A DNA stretch of 64,000 nucleotides from Zancudomyces culisetae HAW-14-8 (lineage: Eukaryota; Fungi; Kickxellomycota). The notes under the pieces were generated by a model. That model did not search any database. It was not told the DNA's origin and saw only the letters and a program-made list of their open reading frames with translations. Numbering within the stretch: position 1 is the stretch's first letter; each line of letters starts with the position of its first letter. The position numbers and the translations under genes are program-made. The DNA is taken from contig JBNJNM010000009.1 in NCBI GenBank assembly GCA_052426225.1, positions 1,054,001-1,118,000 on the forward strand. Direction: 5' to 3'. This document shows, in pieces, positions 49,019 through 62,342 of this stretch.

Positions 49019-50439
49019 CTTTACTTTTAATTTATTAAAAAGAAGCGTACTCAAAGTAATTTTCCCCCTTTATAGCTGCTATTGGCCTTGCTTCATGAAG
49101 TAGGTCTGTTCGATTATTTGTGTGTTTTATTGCATTGCATTCTTTATACCAATGTTCAAAATCTATGTTTTTTTTTCACGTTGATTTTGTTAGAGCTGAT
49201 ATAATTTATGTTTTGTTACTTTTTTTTCTGTGTAGTAGGCTCTATTAATATTTGTACTATTCATCGTGCCACTATATTATTTAATGCAAAATTCTCCACT
49301 AAAAAAAATAGTAAACTTCGCAATCATTCGACACACTCTATCAATTTGAATAATTTATTACTGGTTGAGAAAAGAGGAAGAAAACTAATGTTTCTACGAT
49401 TTAAGCTAAAAGATATATCATTGATTTTATTACACACTCTTTACCTTGCAGTTCTGAAAGTCAGTAATAATCCGTGTTTGAGAGTTAATCACATCGCTAA
49501 CTTGTTTTTATGTTTTAGTTTAGAGATTTTTCCACTTTTCTTCATTTTGTAACATTATTAGACTCTTCACAAAGATCAGAAACACTACAAACCAAAAGTT
49601 AAAAGAGAAAGACCAATGTACATGCACATAAAACAAGAAACCCGCTAAAATAAAAGTATGTAAGATTACGCACCCAGTGCTTTTTATTAGGTTAACTATA
49701 TCTTATTCACACACGTGCTCCTAAAAAAAAAGAAAAGTAATATGAAGTAAATGGACAAATAAAGACGTTCTATAAATCATAACTACATTAGTTGATGCAT
49801 GTTCAGCCAAAGACGTGCTCAGTTGAACTTTTTCTAAAAGGTACTGATTAGTTCTTTTTTTTTTTTCTTTTTTCTTTTCGGATGTTTATCGATTCTTGTA
49901 TTTTTTCCCCAAGAAGGCATGTAGCAACCGGCTACTTTTACCAAATTTAATATAGTATATTCCGCTTTCTCCAAAATAAAAAAAGTGATTCACTCAAAGT
50001 GTCTTTTTTTATCTTCTACAAAGTTTTTATTCTCGTTAGTGGTTGACACCAAGTTACAATATTTGCAGGAACAGTGTTGTTTTGACACTTTTTCTACCCT
50101 CAGTCTGCTCTACCCTATCCTACTTTACACCAATTTACCTCAACCCTTCAAAACAATAGAAATAAAGAAAAGCGAGAAAAGTGAGAAAAAATTGCTTCAT
50201 ATACATATATAAACACATACTTGTGTACATTTTGTAGAATATCTTTTCAGTTTTTTGTTTCTTTAGATACTACTTTTTTTGTATCTTTTTCATAAATAAG
50301 GAACATAAGGAACCTTAGGAGTGGAGTAAGAATATTCGCGAACATATACATGATATATAACATAAAATAATAATAGCTAGTATATTAAACAAACTTATAG
50401 AAAAAAAACGTAAAAGAAAATCGCAAAAACAAAGTAGTA

Positions 50440-50832
50440 ATGGGTGCACACGACACAAATCAATTTATTCTAGTTCTAATTGCACTGGTTATACCACCAC
50501 TGGCGGTATATCTCGAATACAACAGATGTAATGGTCATGTAATTTCAAATATATTCTTGACGTTAATCGGGTTTGGTGTACTGGGAATATTTCACGCATT
50601 CTTTTGTATCTTTAATCGAAAACCCGCAGCACCGCAAATTCATCCACAGTACCCACTGTACGCGCAGTATCCACCACCACCAGCTGCTACGCACACCGTA
50701 GTGGTTGTTCCACCAGGACAGAATTACAGCTCACCAGTACCACAACATACTTACAATTATTACTCGCCACAAGCTACACCGCCTGTAGGATCACCAATGC
50801 CACCACCACCGGCTCATAACCCATATCGCTGA
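50440..50832 (+). CDS. Pmp3/Sna-family proteolipid with a Pro/Tyr-rich tail
   Basis: ILVLIALVIPPLAVYL...NIFLTLIG..GIFHAF. Confidence 0.85.
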   Translation: MGAHDTNQFILVLIALVIPPLAVYLEYNRCNGHVISNIFLTLIGFGVLGIFHAFFCIFNRKPAAPQIHPQYPLYAQYPPPPAATHTVVVVPPGQNYSSPVPQHTYNYYSPQATPPVGSPMPPPPAHNPYR

Positions 50833-51030
50833 TTTGTATATAAACCGCCATTGTCATATTAACAATGCAATTTAGTCCCGTAAAGGGGAGAAGTTTTTGA
50901 AACTACCAAATATACTTGAATTTAGTCCTACTGTCTTTTTCCTGTGTTTAAGATTCAATAAAGTGAAATATAAACAAAAAGAAAATAAAGAAATGATGAG
51001 TGGCAAGTTAGTATGTAAAAATATATGCAT

Positions 51031-51044
51031 AAAAAACAAAAAAA
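51031..51044 (-). terminator. Pol III oligo-T terminator downstream of the tRNA pair
   Basis: T-runs on the minus strand begin 3 nt after tRNA-iMet. Confidence 0.7.
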
Positions 51045-51047
51045 GTA

Positions 51048-51119
51048 TAGCACCACCTAGTTTCGATCTAGGGACCTCAAGGTTATGAGCCTTGCGCGCT
51101 TCCTCTGCGCTATGGTGCT
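51048..51119 (-). tRNA. Initiator tRNA-Met(CAU)
   Basis: 72-nt cloverleaf with an A1-U72 pair, anticodon CAT and T-loop GATCGAAA (A54/A60), as in eukaryotic initiator tRNAs. Confidence 0.95.
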
Positions 51120-51121
51120 GT

Positions 51122-51193
51122 TTCCGCAACGGGGAATCGAACCCCGGCCACGACGGTGAGAGCGTCGGATCCTAGCCACTAGACCATTGCGGA
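51122..51193 (-). tRNA. tRNA-Glu(CUC)
   Basis: Acceptor stem TCCGCAA/TTGCGGA, anticodon arm CGACG-CTCTCAC-CGTCG and GTTCGATTC T-loop. Confidence 0.95.
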
Positions 51194-54100
51194 TACTTTT
51201 TGTTGTGTGTTGCCATGTTTAACGTCCCATTTAGTGTTTTTTACACCAAATAACACACGGGACGGGTCATTTTACTTACCTTTTACTATATGCTGCGAAT
51301 TATTATACAGTACTTTGGATTTTGCAAAAGAGGACATTTATTTAGTTAAACAAAAATTTTAATTTTATACAATAAAATCTACAAAAAATCTAACTAAAAA
51401 TTACAAAACACAATTAACCAATGGAAATGTTTCACCTATTGTAGGCATACAACATTTTTTAAAACAGTTTTAATATATATTATTTCTAAAAATATTTTTT
51501 ATTATTATTTTTATCTAGTTTTTCATGTATTGATATTATTATAGATAGTTATGTACCATTTCAGTGAATTAGATAGTGATATAAAACACTCATTTTTTAC
51601 AAATTTAAAAACAAGTGGACTTTTTTATATTTGAGCTAGTTTTTTATACTGAACAAACATAAATATCATCAACTTATTTTATTGATACTATTTCATTTGA
51701 AAAATATTTATTATTCACAGACATCAAGCAGGTTTATTGTAATTCATAGATTGATTCTAGTTCTATGGTGACTTTTTTGCCGAGAGATACATTATTTTGA
51801 CAAAATAGTTTCTAAATCCTCATGGTTGTTGTTATGGATGTTTATATACTAGATCTTTGGTAATTGATTTTTTGGTTGATATTTTATTGATTTGAGATGC
51901 AAAAACAGTACAATTTTAATTCTCTATATGCTTATAAAGTCTATAAAAGATGATTCTAGATACTTTAAACATAATACCACAGCAAATTGCAGTTATATCA
52001 TAGAATATAAATAGTTTGAAATTTGCATTTTATACTTCTTTAGCGATAAGCCATCATTTAGGTCTTTAACTACGTTTAATAAATACGGATAAATTTATTT
52101 ATAACATCAATTATATCAAGTATTGATGATAAAATAATTTTTATTGAATGAAATGTCTCTTTGATTTATTCAAGTCCTAAATGAATATTTGGACAGGCTC
52201 AAACTCTGCAGCAAAAGTAAGTGTATATACACAGATATTACCATCAGTTCTATAAGTACTTTAGCAGAACCACAGAACTTAGTTAAACACGAAGTTGATA
52301 GTTTGAAAAGCTCACATAAAATATATTGTGAAAAGTCGTGATTAAACATTTACTACAAAAAACAAGCATTGTGATATGGAAGATAGTTATTTTTAGTTTA
52401 CACTGTTTAAATGTTTTTATTATCTAACGAACAACAGTATGTATGTTTAAGAATTTATTGATCCAAGATAGTAGTTTTCTTTTTTATTTCAATACAATTT
52501 TAGTTTTAAACCTTAAAGAAATATAAACAAAGCAATTAAATCATATTTAGTACTCGTTAATACTAATACCAAGTATAAAAGTAAAATAGTTATACAAAAT
52601 TAGATTATTACTAGCATATTAACAACCCCAAATCATTAAAAGAATAGATTAAATAAGGCAAGAATGTATTGAATCATCGTAATATAGGAGCATGTTATTT
52701 TGGTATCTCTTTGAAATAAGGTTATTTTTGTTTATTATTTTTATTTCTCTTCTAGATTTATCTTGTAACACGTATAAATGATGAAGATCAATTAATTTAA
52801 ATAAAAAATATTATAATAAAACAAAACAAAATAAAATAAACAGTATTCTTTGTAAGAAAAAGAAAAGGGGAAAGATGAAAGAGGGATTTGAAAATTTTCG
52901 TGTTGTTGATTTAGAAAAGCGATTGTGATTATGATTTTGATTATGATTTTGGTTTTGATTTTGGTTATGGGAGGATTCACCTAGAAAGAAATCTAGAAAT
53001 AGAAAAAAAAAAGAAGCAAATTGCAAATCTTTATTGGAACAGCAAAGTGTGGATGTACAAACATGAAATGTATTTATTTTTTTTACATTTTATATAGTTA
53101 GAATTTAATGGTAAATTTGGATATTGGTAAATTTGGATAATAAAAAATTGAGGGGGGGTGGATGGAGAGGGGAGAAAGAGGGAAGGATTTTTGTTTTTTG
53201 CTGAGAGATTTGATTAGTAATGGCGACAAATAAATATAGAAAAAACAAGGGGGTTTGAGGTGTTTGTGGAATTTGGGAAATAAAAAGGTTGGAGCAGCAA
53301 ATGTAGGAGGGTGAGTTTGGGGTGGGAGGGAGAGAGGGAGAGATTAAAAAATAGTATAGACAGCTTTTTTTAGTTTATTTATTTGGCGAATTTTATGAGG
53401 TTATTTTGTTTGATGTTTTATCTAGATGTTTGTACTTTTGGCCAATTTCATATTTTTTTCCATATGGATTAGGGGAAGAAAACCAAAGGCTGAATCAAAA
53501 CAAAAGGCGGCTGAATTAAAGCTAACTTACTCAATAACAACAACTAAACATGGAAAGATGATATATTTAAAATGTGCTAGATGCTGTATGATAATCAAGG
53601 TATATATAGTTACAAGATGTGAAAAGTAGAGATAACACAACGACATATTGTAGTAAACCCAGATTAAAAAAAAAAGTTTTGAAAAAACTGGAAGGGGGTT
53701 GGTTTTTGGGCCCAGTACACAAAAATAAAAAGAAAAGGGAGGGGTATGAAGAGTGGGATTGTTTGTATAGTTGGTTAAAAAGTAAAAAAGTAAAATTTCT
53801 TGTATATATCAAGCTATAGCTCATGTTTAAACTTTTTTGATATATATCGGTATAGGTATATTTAAGGTTCTGTTGCTGGGTTTTTAATATAGTTTTTGGA
53901 GTTTATTTTTTATTCTTTGAATATAAACAGCAGTTTCGGGAGAGGGGGATGGATTAGCATTTGTTTATTCCAAAAATAAATATCAATTATAAAATTATAA
54001 AAAAAAATTTTTTTTTAAATGGTAATTGGATTATAGGTTGTAGTATAAAAAGAATAAATAGAATAAAACACGTTCAAGCTCAGGAAAAAAAAAAAAAACA

Positions 54101-54842
54101 AAAAACGAAAAACGAATTACGAAAAACGCAAGACAAAAAGCAAAAAAACAAAAATAGATTTATAATATTGTTTAATTACGCATTAAATTGTATATTTTAG
54201 CTTTACAATATTTGAAAGTTGAATAAATAAATAAATAAATAAATCTAAATACTCTATCAACATCTCAAATTTTGTTTGGAATAGGTCGAAAAAACGGAAA
54301 AAAAACGCTTATATCTAAAGTATATAACAATAAAAAGAATTGGGTTTTTTTTGTTGTCGGAATATTCAGGATTTTTAGACAACCAAGTGGGAGGGGGTAA
54401 ATTTTTGGACATGTTGAGAATAAAAAACTAAACATTTCCAAAAGATTACAAAGAAAAAAGAACTCGATTCTGAAATTTAAACCAACCTTTTTTCTTTAAA
54501 GAAGAAGGCAAAGGATAACAAAAAAAACTAATATAATAATATATATAACAATAAACGATATCAAATAAACGTATAAAACAAAAAAAAAGGGGCGGAAATT
54601 AAAAAAAAATAAAATCGGGTTAATCAAGGAAGGTGAAGGGGGAAAAAGGAATATTTGTTCTTTGTTTTTTCTTTCTTTTGTTTCATTTCGTTTCATTTTC
54701 TTTTATAATTTCTAGTCGTATTTTAAACAACTAGAAAACTAACAACTCTTAAATCAGACAAAAAGAGGGAAGAAAAAAAAAAGATTATATAAAAAGGCAA
54801 AAAAAAAAGAGAGAAAAGAAAAGAAAAGATTGTAAATAGAAA

Positions 54843-57800
54843 ATGTCTGGGATTTATCAATTTGCATATTCCTCGGCACCACTTAAAGTGATAGAAAAGG
54901 TGCAGTTCGGAGTATTCTCACCAGAGGAACTCAAGATGATGTCAGTGGCCAAGGTGGAACATCCCGAACTTAGAGAAGAGAGCGGGCGGGCAAAGAGCGG
55001 TGGGTTGCTGGATCCACGGATGGGAACAATCGACCGCAACTTCAAGTGTCAGACGTGTGGAGAACATATGAGTGAATGCCCAGGACATTTTGGACACATT
55101 GAATTGGCACGGCCGGTGTTTCATCCGGGGTTTGTTACAAAGATTAAAAAGATTCTGGAGTGTGTATGTTGGTACTGTTCGAAATTGAAGATAGATGAAA
55201 CAGAGGTAGCATACCAGATGGCGCAAAAGGTGAAGAATTCGAATCGGCGGCTGAAACTGGTATGGGATGTTTGCAAGAGTCGGATGGTATGTGAGGCGTC
55301 GGTAGAGGCAGATGAGCGGGAGATTAATATATCACGAGCAGATGAAGATTTGCGACGTGAAGAAGTGGAGGGAATGTTGGGAACAAAGCGAAAGGCGCTG
55401 GGGCATGGAGGATGTGGCCACAAGCAACCAACGTTTCGTAAAGATGGGTTGAAACTAACAGCGACGTTTAAGGGAGTAGCGTTATCAGGAGGAGAAGATA
55501 CAGAGGGTAAACAAGTTTTGACAGTGCTGCAGGTGTTACAAGTGCTGAAAAAGATTAGTGATACTGACGTGCGGGCAATAGGAATGAATCCAGAGTATGC
55601 GCGGCCAGAGTGGCTGATAATATCGGTTATGCCGGTGCCACCAATGTGTGTGCGGCCGAGTATTCAGATGGATGCTACACGGCATAGTGAGGATGATTTG
55701 ACATATAAGCTGAACGATATATTGAAGGCGAATGCACGAGTGCGGAGTTGTGAGGTGGAAGGGGCGCCACAACATATTATTGATGAGTTTGAGACGTTGT
55801 TGCAATTCCACGTGGCGACGTTTATCAACAACGATATATCGGGGATTCCACAGGCGTTGCAAAAGTCAGGAAGACCAATCAAGTCGATTAGAGCGCGGTT
55901 GAAGGGGAAAGAGGGACGGTTGCGAGGAAACTTGATGGGGAAGCGAGTTGATTTTTCGGCGCGAACGGTAATATCGGGAGATCCGAACTTGGAGATTGAT
56001 CAAGTAGGGGTTCCAAAGGCAATAGCAAAGAATCTGACGTACCCAGAAGTGGTGACGCCGTATAATATAGATCGATTGCAAGAGCTGGTGCAGAATGGAC
56101 CGACAGAACATCCAGGAGCGAAATATGTGATTAGAGATTCAGGGGAGCGGATTGATTTGAAGTATAGTAAGCGAGGGGGAGACATTCCACTGCAGATAGG
56201 GTATAAGGTGGAGCGTAGTTTGATGGATAATGATGTGGTGATATTCAACCGACAGCCATCATTGCACAAGATGTCAATGATGGGACATCGAGTGAAGGTG
56301 ATGGATTATTCAACGTTTAGATTGAATTTGTCAGTGACATCACCGTACAATGCGGATTTTGATGGAGATGAGATGAATTTGCACTTGCCACAGTCAGAAG
56401 AAACACGAGCAGAGGTGAGGGAGTTGTGTATGGTGCCAAAGCAGATAGTTTCGCCACAAGGTAACCGGCCAATTATGGGAATAGTGCAGGATACGTTGTG
56501 TGCAATGATAATGTTTACAAAGCGAGATAACTTGATGAAGCAAGACTTGGTGATGGATTTGTTGCTGAAGGTACCGGGCTGGGACGGGATGATTCCGCCG
56601 CCATGTATTCTGAAGCCACAGCCGTTGTGGTCGGGTAAGCAGCTGTATAGTTTGTTGATTCCAGACGGGATTAATTGTTATACGTTTTTGAAGGAGCATC
56701 CAGATCTGGAAACCAGCTGGTCTTCACCAGGAGATACGCGTGTAGTGGTTGAGAATGGAGTGTTGTTATCGGGAATAGTATGTAAGCAGACAGTTGGGGC
56801 GGTGAGAGGCGGGTTGGTTCATACGATATTCAATGAGTTGGGACCAGAGGCAACCAAAGTGTTTTTGGGGGGAACGCAGCGAGTGATTAACCAGTGGTTG
56901 GTTACCAATGGGTTTAGTATAGGAATAGGAGATACCATTACAGATGCATCGACAATGGATTCGGTGAGCAAGATTATTTCGGAAGCACATCGAATTGTCG
57001 ACCAGATTATTAAGGATTGTATTGAAGATAAGATGAAAGGGTTGCCAGGAATGACGTACAAGGAGACCTTTGAGAACAATATCAATTTTGAGTTGAACAA
57101 GGCTAGAGAAAACGCTGGCAAGTCGGTCCAGGCGCAGTTGAAGGACTGCAACAATGTACGCAAGATGGTGGTATCTGGATCCAAGGGGTCCTATATCAAT
57201 GTGTCGCAGATGACAGCAGCGGTTGGACAGCAGAACGTTGAAGGTAAGCGTATTCCCTTTGGGTTCCGAGACCGTACATTGCCACACTTTACCAAGGACG
57301 ACTATACACCGCACAGTCGTGGGTTTGTGGAGAATTCGTATCTGAGTGGATTGACGCCACAAGAGTTTTATTTCCACGCAATGGGAGGTCGTGAAGGGTT
57401 GATTGATACTGCTGTCAAGACCGCCGAAACAGGTTATATCCAACGTAGACTGGTCAAGGCGTTGGAAGATGTTATGGTTCACTATGACGGCACTGTGCGA
57501 AACTCTTTGGGTGCAATTATCGAGTTTGCGTATGGCCACGATGGAGCAGATGCCTCGTTGTTGGAGAACCAGAAGGTTGCGTCTGTGCGGTGTTCGGATG
57601 CGCGGTTTGAGAAAATGTACAAGGTCGATGTGATGGATCCTGCCAAATCGTTCCGCTCCGACTCGTTGGATTTCTCCATTCTCAAGACGATTGAAGCCAA
57701 CGACGGTGTCCAGCAAGTCCTGGATGCTGAGTACCAAACTCTCCTAACTGACCGAAAACTTATGCAGACGTTTATCAGTCCCAACGGTGAAGATACTTTT

Positions 57801-60317
57801 CCTCTGCCTGTCAATTTGGCTCGCATGATTACCAATGCTCGCCAGTTGTTCAAGATTGATAGCCGTAAACCGTCCAACCTGCATCCTGTGACGATTGTCA
57901 ACTCCATCAACCAGCTGATTGACCGTCTGGTCGTCGTGCGTGGTTCGGATCCACTGAGTATTGAAGCTCAAAACAATGCTGTCATGTTGCTCAAGATCCA
58001 CTTGCGGTCGACGTTGTCGTCTAAGCGGGTTATTGAAGAGTTCCATTTGGACTCCAATGCCTTTGACTGGGTTGTTGGCGAAATCGAGACCAGGTTCAAG
58101 CGTACCTTGGTCAATCCTGGCGAAATGGTTGGCACTCTGGCTGCCCAGTCCATTGGTGAACCTGCGACACAGATGACACTAAACACTTTCCACTTTGCTG
58201 GTGTGAGTTCCAAAAACGTTACTTTGGGTGTGCCTCGTCTCAAGGAAGTCATCAATGTTGCTACAAATATCAAGACTCCTTCCCTGACTATTTTCTTGGA
58301 CGAAGACTATGCCAACAACATGGAGCGTGCCAAGGATGTCTTGGTCAACATTGAATATACCAATATGCGCAAGGTTACCTCCAGCGCTGAGATTTGGTAC
58401 GACCCTGTTATTGACGATACCGTTATTGAAGAAGATCGCGACTTTGTCCAGGCCTTCTATGCCCTCCCCGACGATGACGTTGATTTTGCCACCATTTCTC
58501 CCTGGGTACTTCGTTTCGAACTTAACCGTAGTGCCATGTTGGACAAGAAGCTTTCTATAGTTGATGTGACCAACCGCATTTCTGAAAAAATCGGTAACGA
58601 GTTGTTGTGCATTAGCAATGACGATAATGCTGACAAGTATATCGTGCGTTGTCGAATTGTCAATCCCGACAGGCTTGATAAAGACGACTTGGGCGACGAT
58701 GGAGTTATGGCCGAGGATTTATTCCTTAAACGGCTAGAAGGTTATATCCTCGATTCTATTGTATTGCGTGGTATTGAAGGCATCCACCGTGTTTACTACA
58801 CCGAACATGATCGTAAGGTTGTGGTTGATTCTGGTGAATTTGGTGTTCGAAAGGAATGGAAGTTGGATACTGATGGCAGTAATCTCAAACTGGTTATGGC
58901 TCAAGACCACGTTGATTATGTCCGTACTTATTCCAACCATCCTGTTGAAATCCTTGATGTGCTTGGCATTGAAGCTGCTCGTAATGCTCTTATGAGAGAA
59001 ATCAATAAAATCATTGAGTTTGGTGGCTCCTATGTCAACCCTCGCCATCTTGGCCTGTTGACTGAAATCATGACTCATCGTGGCTACCTTTCTGCCATTA
59101 CTCGTCATGGAATCAATCGTGCTGACACCAGTGCCTTGATGCGTTGTTCATTTGAAGAGACTGTAGAAATCTTGTTGGATGCTGCCGCTGGTGGTGATTT
59201 GGATGATTGTCGCGGTATTACCGAAAATATCTTGTTGGGTCAATTGCCTCCCTTGGGTACTGGTTGCTTTGATTTGGTTCTTGATGAAGACATGTTGCTA
59301 CACCCTGTCGTAGATCCTCGCTCTTTGGGCTTTGATCTTTCTTCTTTGGGTTCTACTTTGCCTCATCCCTTTAGCGATTCCCAACTCTCTTCCCCTCACC
59401 ATCCTTCCTCCTCTCCCCTTTCTCCTCAAATGACTCCTTATCATGCTGCTTCCCCTGCTTATTCTTTGGATCACTCCTCTATTGCCTCTCCTGTCTTTTC
59501 TCCTCTTGTTGATTCCGGTGGTTCCGGCTCCGGCTTTGGTGCGAACTCTGCCGGTATCCCTACTTCTCCTGGCTGGGCTGGTATGTCTCCCTATTCCCCT
59601 GGTGGTCCTATGAATCCTGCCTCCCCTAACTCTTATATGCCTACTTCTCCGGCTTATTCTCCCACCTCTCCTTCATACTCCCCAACTTCTCCTTCATACT
59701 CTCCTACTTCCCCATCTTATTCTCCAACCTCTCCTTCATACTCCCCAACATCTCCTTCCTATTCTCCAACCTCCCCCTCTTATTCTCCAACTTCTCCTTC
59801 CTATTCTCCCACTTCTCCATCTTATTCTCCAACCTCTCCTTCATACTCCCCAACCTCCCCCTCTTACTCTCCTACATCCCCCTCTTACTCTCCTACATCC
59901 CCTTCATACTCCCCAACCTCCCCCTCTTATTCTCCAACCTCTCCTTCCTACTCTCCCACTTCTCCTTCCTACTCTCCAACATCACCTTCTTATTCTCCAA
60001 CATCACCTTCATACTCCCCAACATCACCTTCGTATTCTCCAACATCTCCATCTTATTCTCCCACTTCCCCATCTTACTCTCCTACTTCTCCTTCCTATTC
60101 TCCAACTTCTCCTTCATACTCCCCAACATCTCCTTCCTATTCTCCCACTTCCCCATCTTACTCTCCCACTTCTCCCTCATATTCTCCCACTTCCCCATCT
60201 TACTCTCCCACTTCTCCCTTCTACTCTCCCACTTCCCCCTCTTACTCCTCCATTAACTCATCTGATACTTCTTATTCTCCTACTTCGTCCAACTCCTCTA
60301 TCAAAAAACAAAAATAA
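54843..60317 (+). CDS. RPB1: RNA polymerase II largest subunit (intronless)
   Basis: NADFDGD active site, CQTC/CPGHFGH zinc motifs, bridge helix [11 protein letters not shown] and the heptad CTD. Confidence 0.99.
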   Translation: MSGIYQFAYSSAPLKVIEKVQFGVFSPEELKMMSVAKVEHPELREESGRAKSGGLLDPRMGTIDRNFKCQTCGEHMSECPGHFGHIELARPVFHPGFVTKIKKILECVCWYCSKLKIDETEVAYQMAQKVKNSNRRLKLVWDVCKSRMVCEASVEADEREINISRADEDLRREEVEGMLGTKRKALGHGGCGHKQPTFRKDGLKLTATFKGVALSGGEDTEGKQVLTVLQVLQVLKKISDTDVRAIGMNPEYARPEWLIISVMPVPPMCVRPSIQMDATRHSEDDLTYKLNDILKANARVRSCEVEGAPQHIIDEFETLLQFHVATFINNDISGIPQALQKSGRPIKSIRARLKGKEGRLRGNLMGKRVDFSARTVISGDPNLEIDQVGVPKAIAKNLTYPEVVTPYNIDRLQELVQNGPTEHPGAKYVIRDSGERIDLKYSKRGGDIPLQIGYKVERSLMDNDVVIFNRQPSLHKMSMMGHRVKVMDYSTFRLNLSVTSPYNADFDGDEMNLHLPQSEETRAEVRELCMVPKQIVSPQGNRPIMGIVQDTLCAMIMFTKRDNLMKQDLVMDLLLKVPGWDGMIPPPCILKPQPLWSGKQLYSLLIPDGINCYTFLKEHPDLETSWSSPGDTRVVVENGVLLSGIVCKQTVGAVRGGLVHTIFNELGPEATKVFLGGTQRVINQWLVTNGFSIGIGDTITDASTMDSVSKIISEAHRIVDQIIKDCIEDKMKGLPGMTYKETFENNINFELNKARENAGKSVQAQLKDCNNVRKMVVSGSKGSYINVSQMTAAVGQQNVEGKRIPFGFRDRTLPHFTKDDYTPHSRGFVENSYLSGLTPQEFYFHAMGGREGLIDTAVKTAETGYIQRRLVKALEDVMVHYDGTVRNSLGAIIEFAYGHDGADASLLENQKVASVRCSDARFEKMYKVDVMDPAKSFRSDSLDFSILKTIEANDGVQQVLDAEYQTLLTDRKLMQTFISPNGEDTFPLPVNLARMITNARQLFKIDSRKPSNLHPVTIVNSINQLIDRLVVVRGSDPLSIEAQNNAVMLLKIHLRSTLSSKRVIEEFHLDSNAFDWVVGEIETRFKRTLVNPGEMVGTLAAQSIGEPATQMTLNTFHFAGVSSKNVTLGVPRLKEVINVATNIKTPSLTIFLDEDYANNMERAKDVLVNIEYTNMRKVTSSAEIWYDPVIDDTVIEEDRDFVQAFYALPDDDVDFATISPWVLRFELNRSAMLDKKLSIVDVTNRISEKIGNELLCISNDDNADKYIVRCRIVNPDRLDKDDLGDDGVMAEDLFLKRLEGYILDSIVLRGIEGIHRVYYTEHDRKVVVDSGEFGVRKEWKLDTDGSNLKLVMAQDHVDYVRTYSNHPVEILDVLGIEAARNALMREINKIIEFGGSYVNPRHLGLLTEIMTHRGYLSAITRHGINRADTSALMRCSFEETVEILLDAAAGGDLDDCRGITENILLGQLPPLGTGCFDLVLDEDMLLHPVVDPRSLGFDLSSLGSTLPHPFSDSQLSSPHHPSSSPLSPQMTPYHAASPAYSLDHSSIASPVFSPLVDSGGSGSGFGANSAGIPTSPGWAGMSPYSPGGPMNPASPNSYMPTSPAYSPTSPSYSPTSPSYSPTSPSYSPTSPSYSPTSPSYSPTSPSYSPTSPSYSPTSPSYSPTSPSYSPTSPSYSPTSPSYSPTSPSYSPTSPSYSPTSPSYSPTSPSYSPTSPSYSPTSPSYSPTSPSYSPTSPSYSPTSPSYSPTSPSYSPTSPSYSPTSPSYSPTSPSYSPTSPSYSPTSPSYSPTSPFYSPTSPSYSSINSSDTSYSPTSSNSSIKKQK
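59655..60242 (+). repeat. Pol II CTD heptads: 26 consecutive YSPTSPS, then YSPTSPF and YSPTSPS
   Basis: 21-nt periodic coding repeat. Confidence 0.95.
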
Positions 60318-60453
60318 CTTTCTCCTCTTTTTACCTCTTTTTACCTCTACTATATTCTCATTTTTTTCTTACTTTTTTTATTTAATTCCTTTTTTATATT
60401 ACTGCTAATTACTAAAAATTTATTTGCCAAAAATAAAATCCTAAATCTGGCCT

Positions 60454-62342
60454 TCAGTTGTACATTTCCAGCTCCCCAAGCACCCAATACGGAATTATCT
60501 CCAATCCATTATACTTTCCACTAGTATAAAAACAACTCGGCTGGTACTCCCACGCGTTATTCCTCATCCTATTTTAGCATTATATCATCTTTCTTAATCC
60601 TCATCTTTTTTTTTCCTTCTTTTTACTTACTCTTTGCTGCTCAATCTCTGCATCAACTTCCTCAGGTTTTGCTCTTGTGCATATGCAAATGTACACATTT
60701 TTTGCGACTCATGCAATGGCCACACCCTCTTTGAATTTGCCTCAACAAACTCTTTCATTCTCCTATTAATATATCATTTCATTTTTTATTCCTTCCTCTC
60801 ACTCTCACTCTCACTCTCCTATTTCATCTCACAAAACTTACTCGTAATCCACAAAATGAATAAACCCAAACCCTGAATTCCTCTTGGTAGTCCAGTCAAT
60901 CCTCAAGTATATAAAATCAAATCCTCCTCGTCCTGTTTCCATTGCCCATTCGATCAGTTGTCGCTATTTATACCATTACCTATCAGTTACTTTTTTCTTT
61001 TTCATTCCATAATCACGTCTTACCTTTGTATACCTGTTTGGTATATTCCTGATCATCAATGTCATTCTTTTCCCCTCTGCTCCGTCCTCCACTATTTGTT
61101 TTCTCGAAAAAATATTAGCCCCTTTCTACCTTTCTATACCCACCTCGACCCCCTCACTGTTCTCCTTTCTCTTCGCAAAAGAAAATTGTTACCTTCATTA
61201 AATCCCTCAATGCTCATGGGAATTCTATCCAAATCTTGTTGACCCTTCTCTTTGCTTTGATCGCACATATCTACCCCCACTTCTGCTCTTATTTCCCTCG
61301 TTCTTACTTTTTTTGGCGTCAACCTTGGTGATGGGTACGCATTGCCTTTTTTTTCCTCTTGTCTCAAAAGCTCTAACGCTGTTTGCTTTGTAGTCTGCAC
61401 AATTTCCAGATCCTAAATTTTTATCAGACTTCATCTTAAAGTGGTACTCCATTTGAGACCCTCAACATAACTACCTTCAACCAAATACTCCATACATTCG
61501 TGAGTCCCACAAGTAAACAGTTGACATAAATACCTTTTGTTTCACCAAAATATCATAGTAATGCTTTGCCTTTCTGGTATCGTAAAAATCCAGCACTGTC
61601 AGAGTTTGAGTATTTTTTCGTCCACCCATGGTAATAGACTTTACATGTTCAACTTCATAAAACATCTTTGCTATCTCAACGTTTTTGATTTCTTTTATGT
61701 ATAAACTATCCTTTCCCACGTCCTTGAACTTGAATACTGAAAATTTCTATATTATTGATATCAGATGTTAAGTTTTCTTCTCTGTAGCTTTTATATCAAC
61801 ATCCGAGTAATTTGCCACAATCAAAATAATTACATTACTCTCAATGTTAATAGTACAAATTGTGAACCTTTTACCTGTAAACCATCGCTATCCACTAACC
61901 CGATCTCAGTGAAATACAACAATATATCAAATCTTCCCAAATTTGTCTGGATAACCATTTCCGCACTTCTACTATCGTAGAACACAACCAGTGCCCCATG
62001 ATAGCTCATGCCATTTTTGTCTTGAGCCTTGTGTGTCAGTATATCCCAGATATCTCCAAATTTCTTTAAAGGTTGATATTCATAATTTGCATTAGTACAG
62101 TTTAATTACATAACTGCTGTATACTTTATTAAATCAAATCTTTAAATAAAATAGCGTTCTTACAACAAACAAAGAATAAAGCTGCGTACTGCTCCAACCT
62201 GCTATCAGAGGTCTTATATACACCGCCCGACACGCTCTACTCTGGGACTTGTTTAAATCTATTCTCGTATATATTTATACTCATTTATTTCATCTACTTT
62301 ATTACTTTTTTTTTGAGCACCTGTCATTTTGGATTTTGACAT
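60454..62342 (-). CDS. Mei2-like three-RRM RNA-binding protein, 9 exons (62342-62321 tentative, 62258-62164, 62063-61875, 61746-61534, 61412-61193, 61091-61024, 60963-60842, 60762-60631, 60568-60454), about 391 aa
   Basis: RRM1 KFGDI..FYDSRSA, RRM2 DFYDTRKA, and Mei2-type RRM3 RMTLMIRNIPNRYT, FDFIYLRIDW..NSGFGFIHF, SQKMCTFAYA, YQPSCF. All junctions are GT-AG and phase-consistent. Confidence 0.85.

Noticed and set aside
51200-54800. Short ORFs in the long AT-rich intergenic region (also 9.2-11.9 kb, 31.2-34.1 kb and 62.5-64 kb)
   Set aside because: Low-complexity F/L/K-rich translations of homopolymer DNA with no coherent exon chain.
56766-57910. Long antisense ORFs inside RPB1 (similar ones in SNF1 and the MFS gene)
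   Set aside because: These are shadow ORFs from codon bias, with no recognisable domains.
59655-60242. Regular 21-nt repeats as a CRISPR or satellite array
   Set aside because: This is the coding Pol II CTD, with no unique spacers.
61462-61470. TGT-TGA (Cys-Sec-like) in frame after a possible acceptor in the Mei2-like gene
   Set aside because: The acceptor at 61413 gives an open frame into RRM3, so the TGA is intronic. No SECIS element was recognised.
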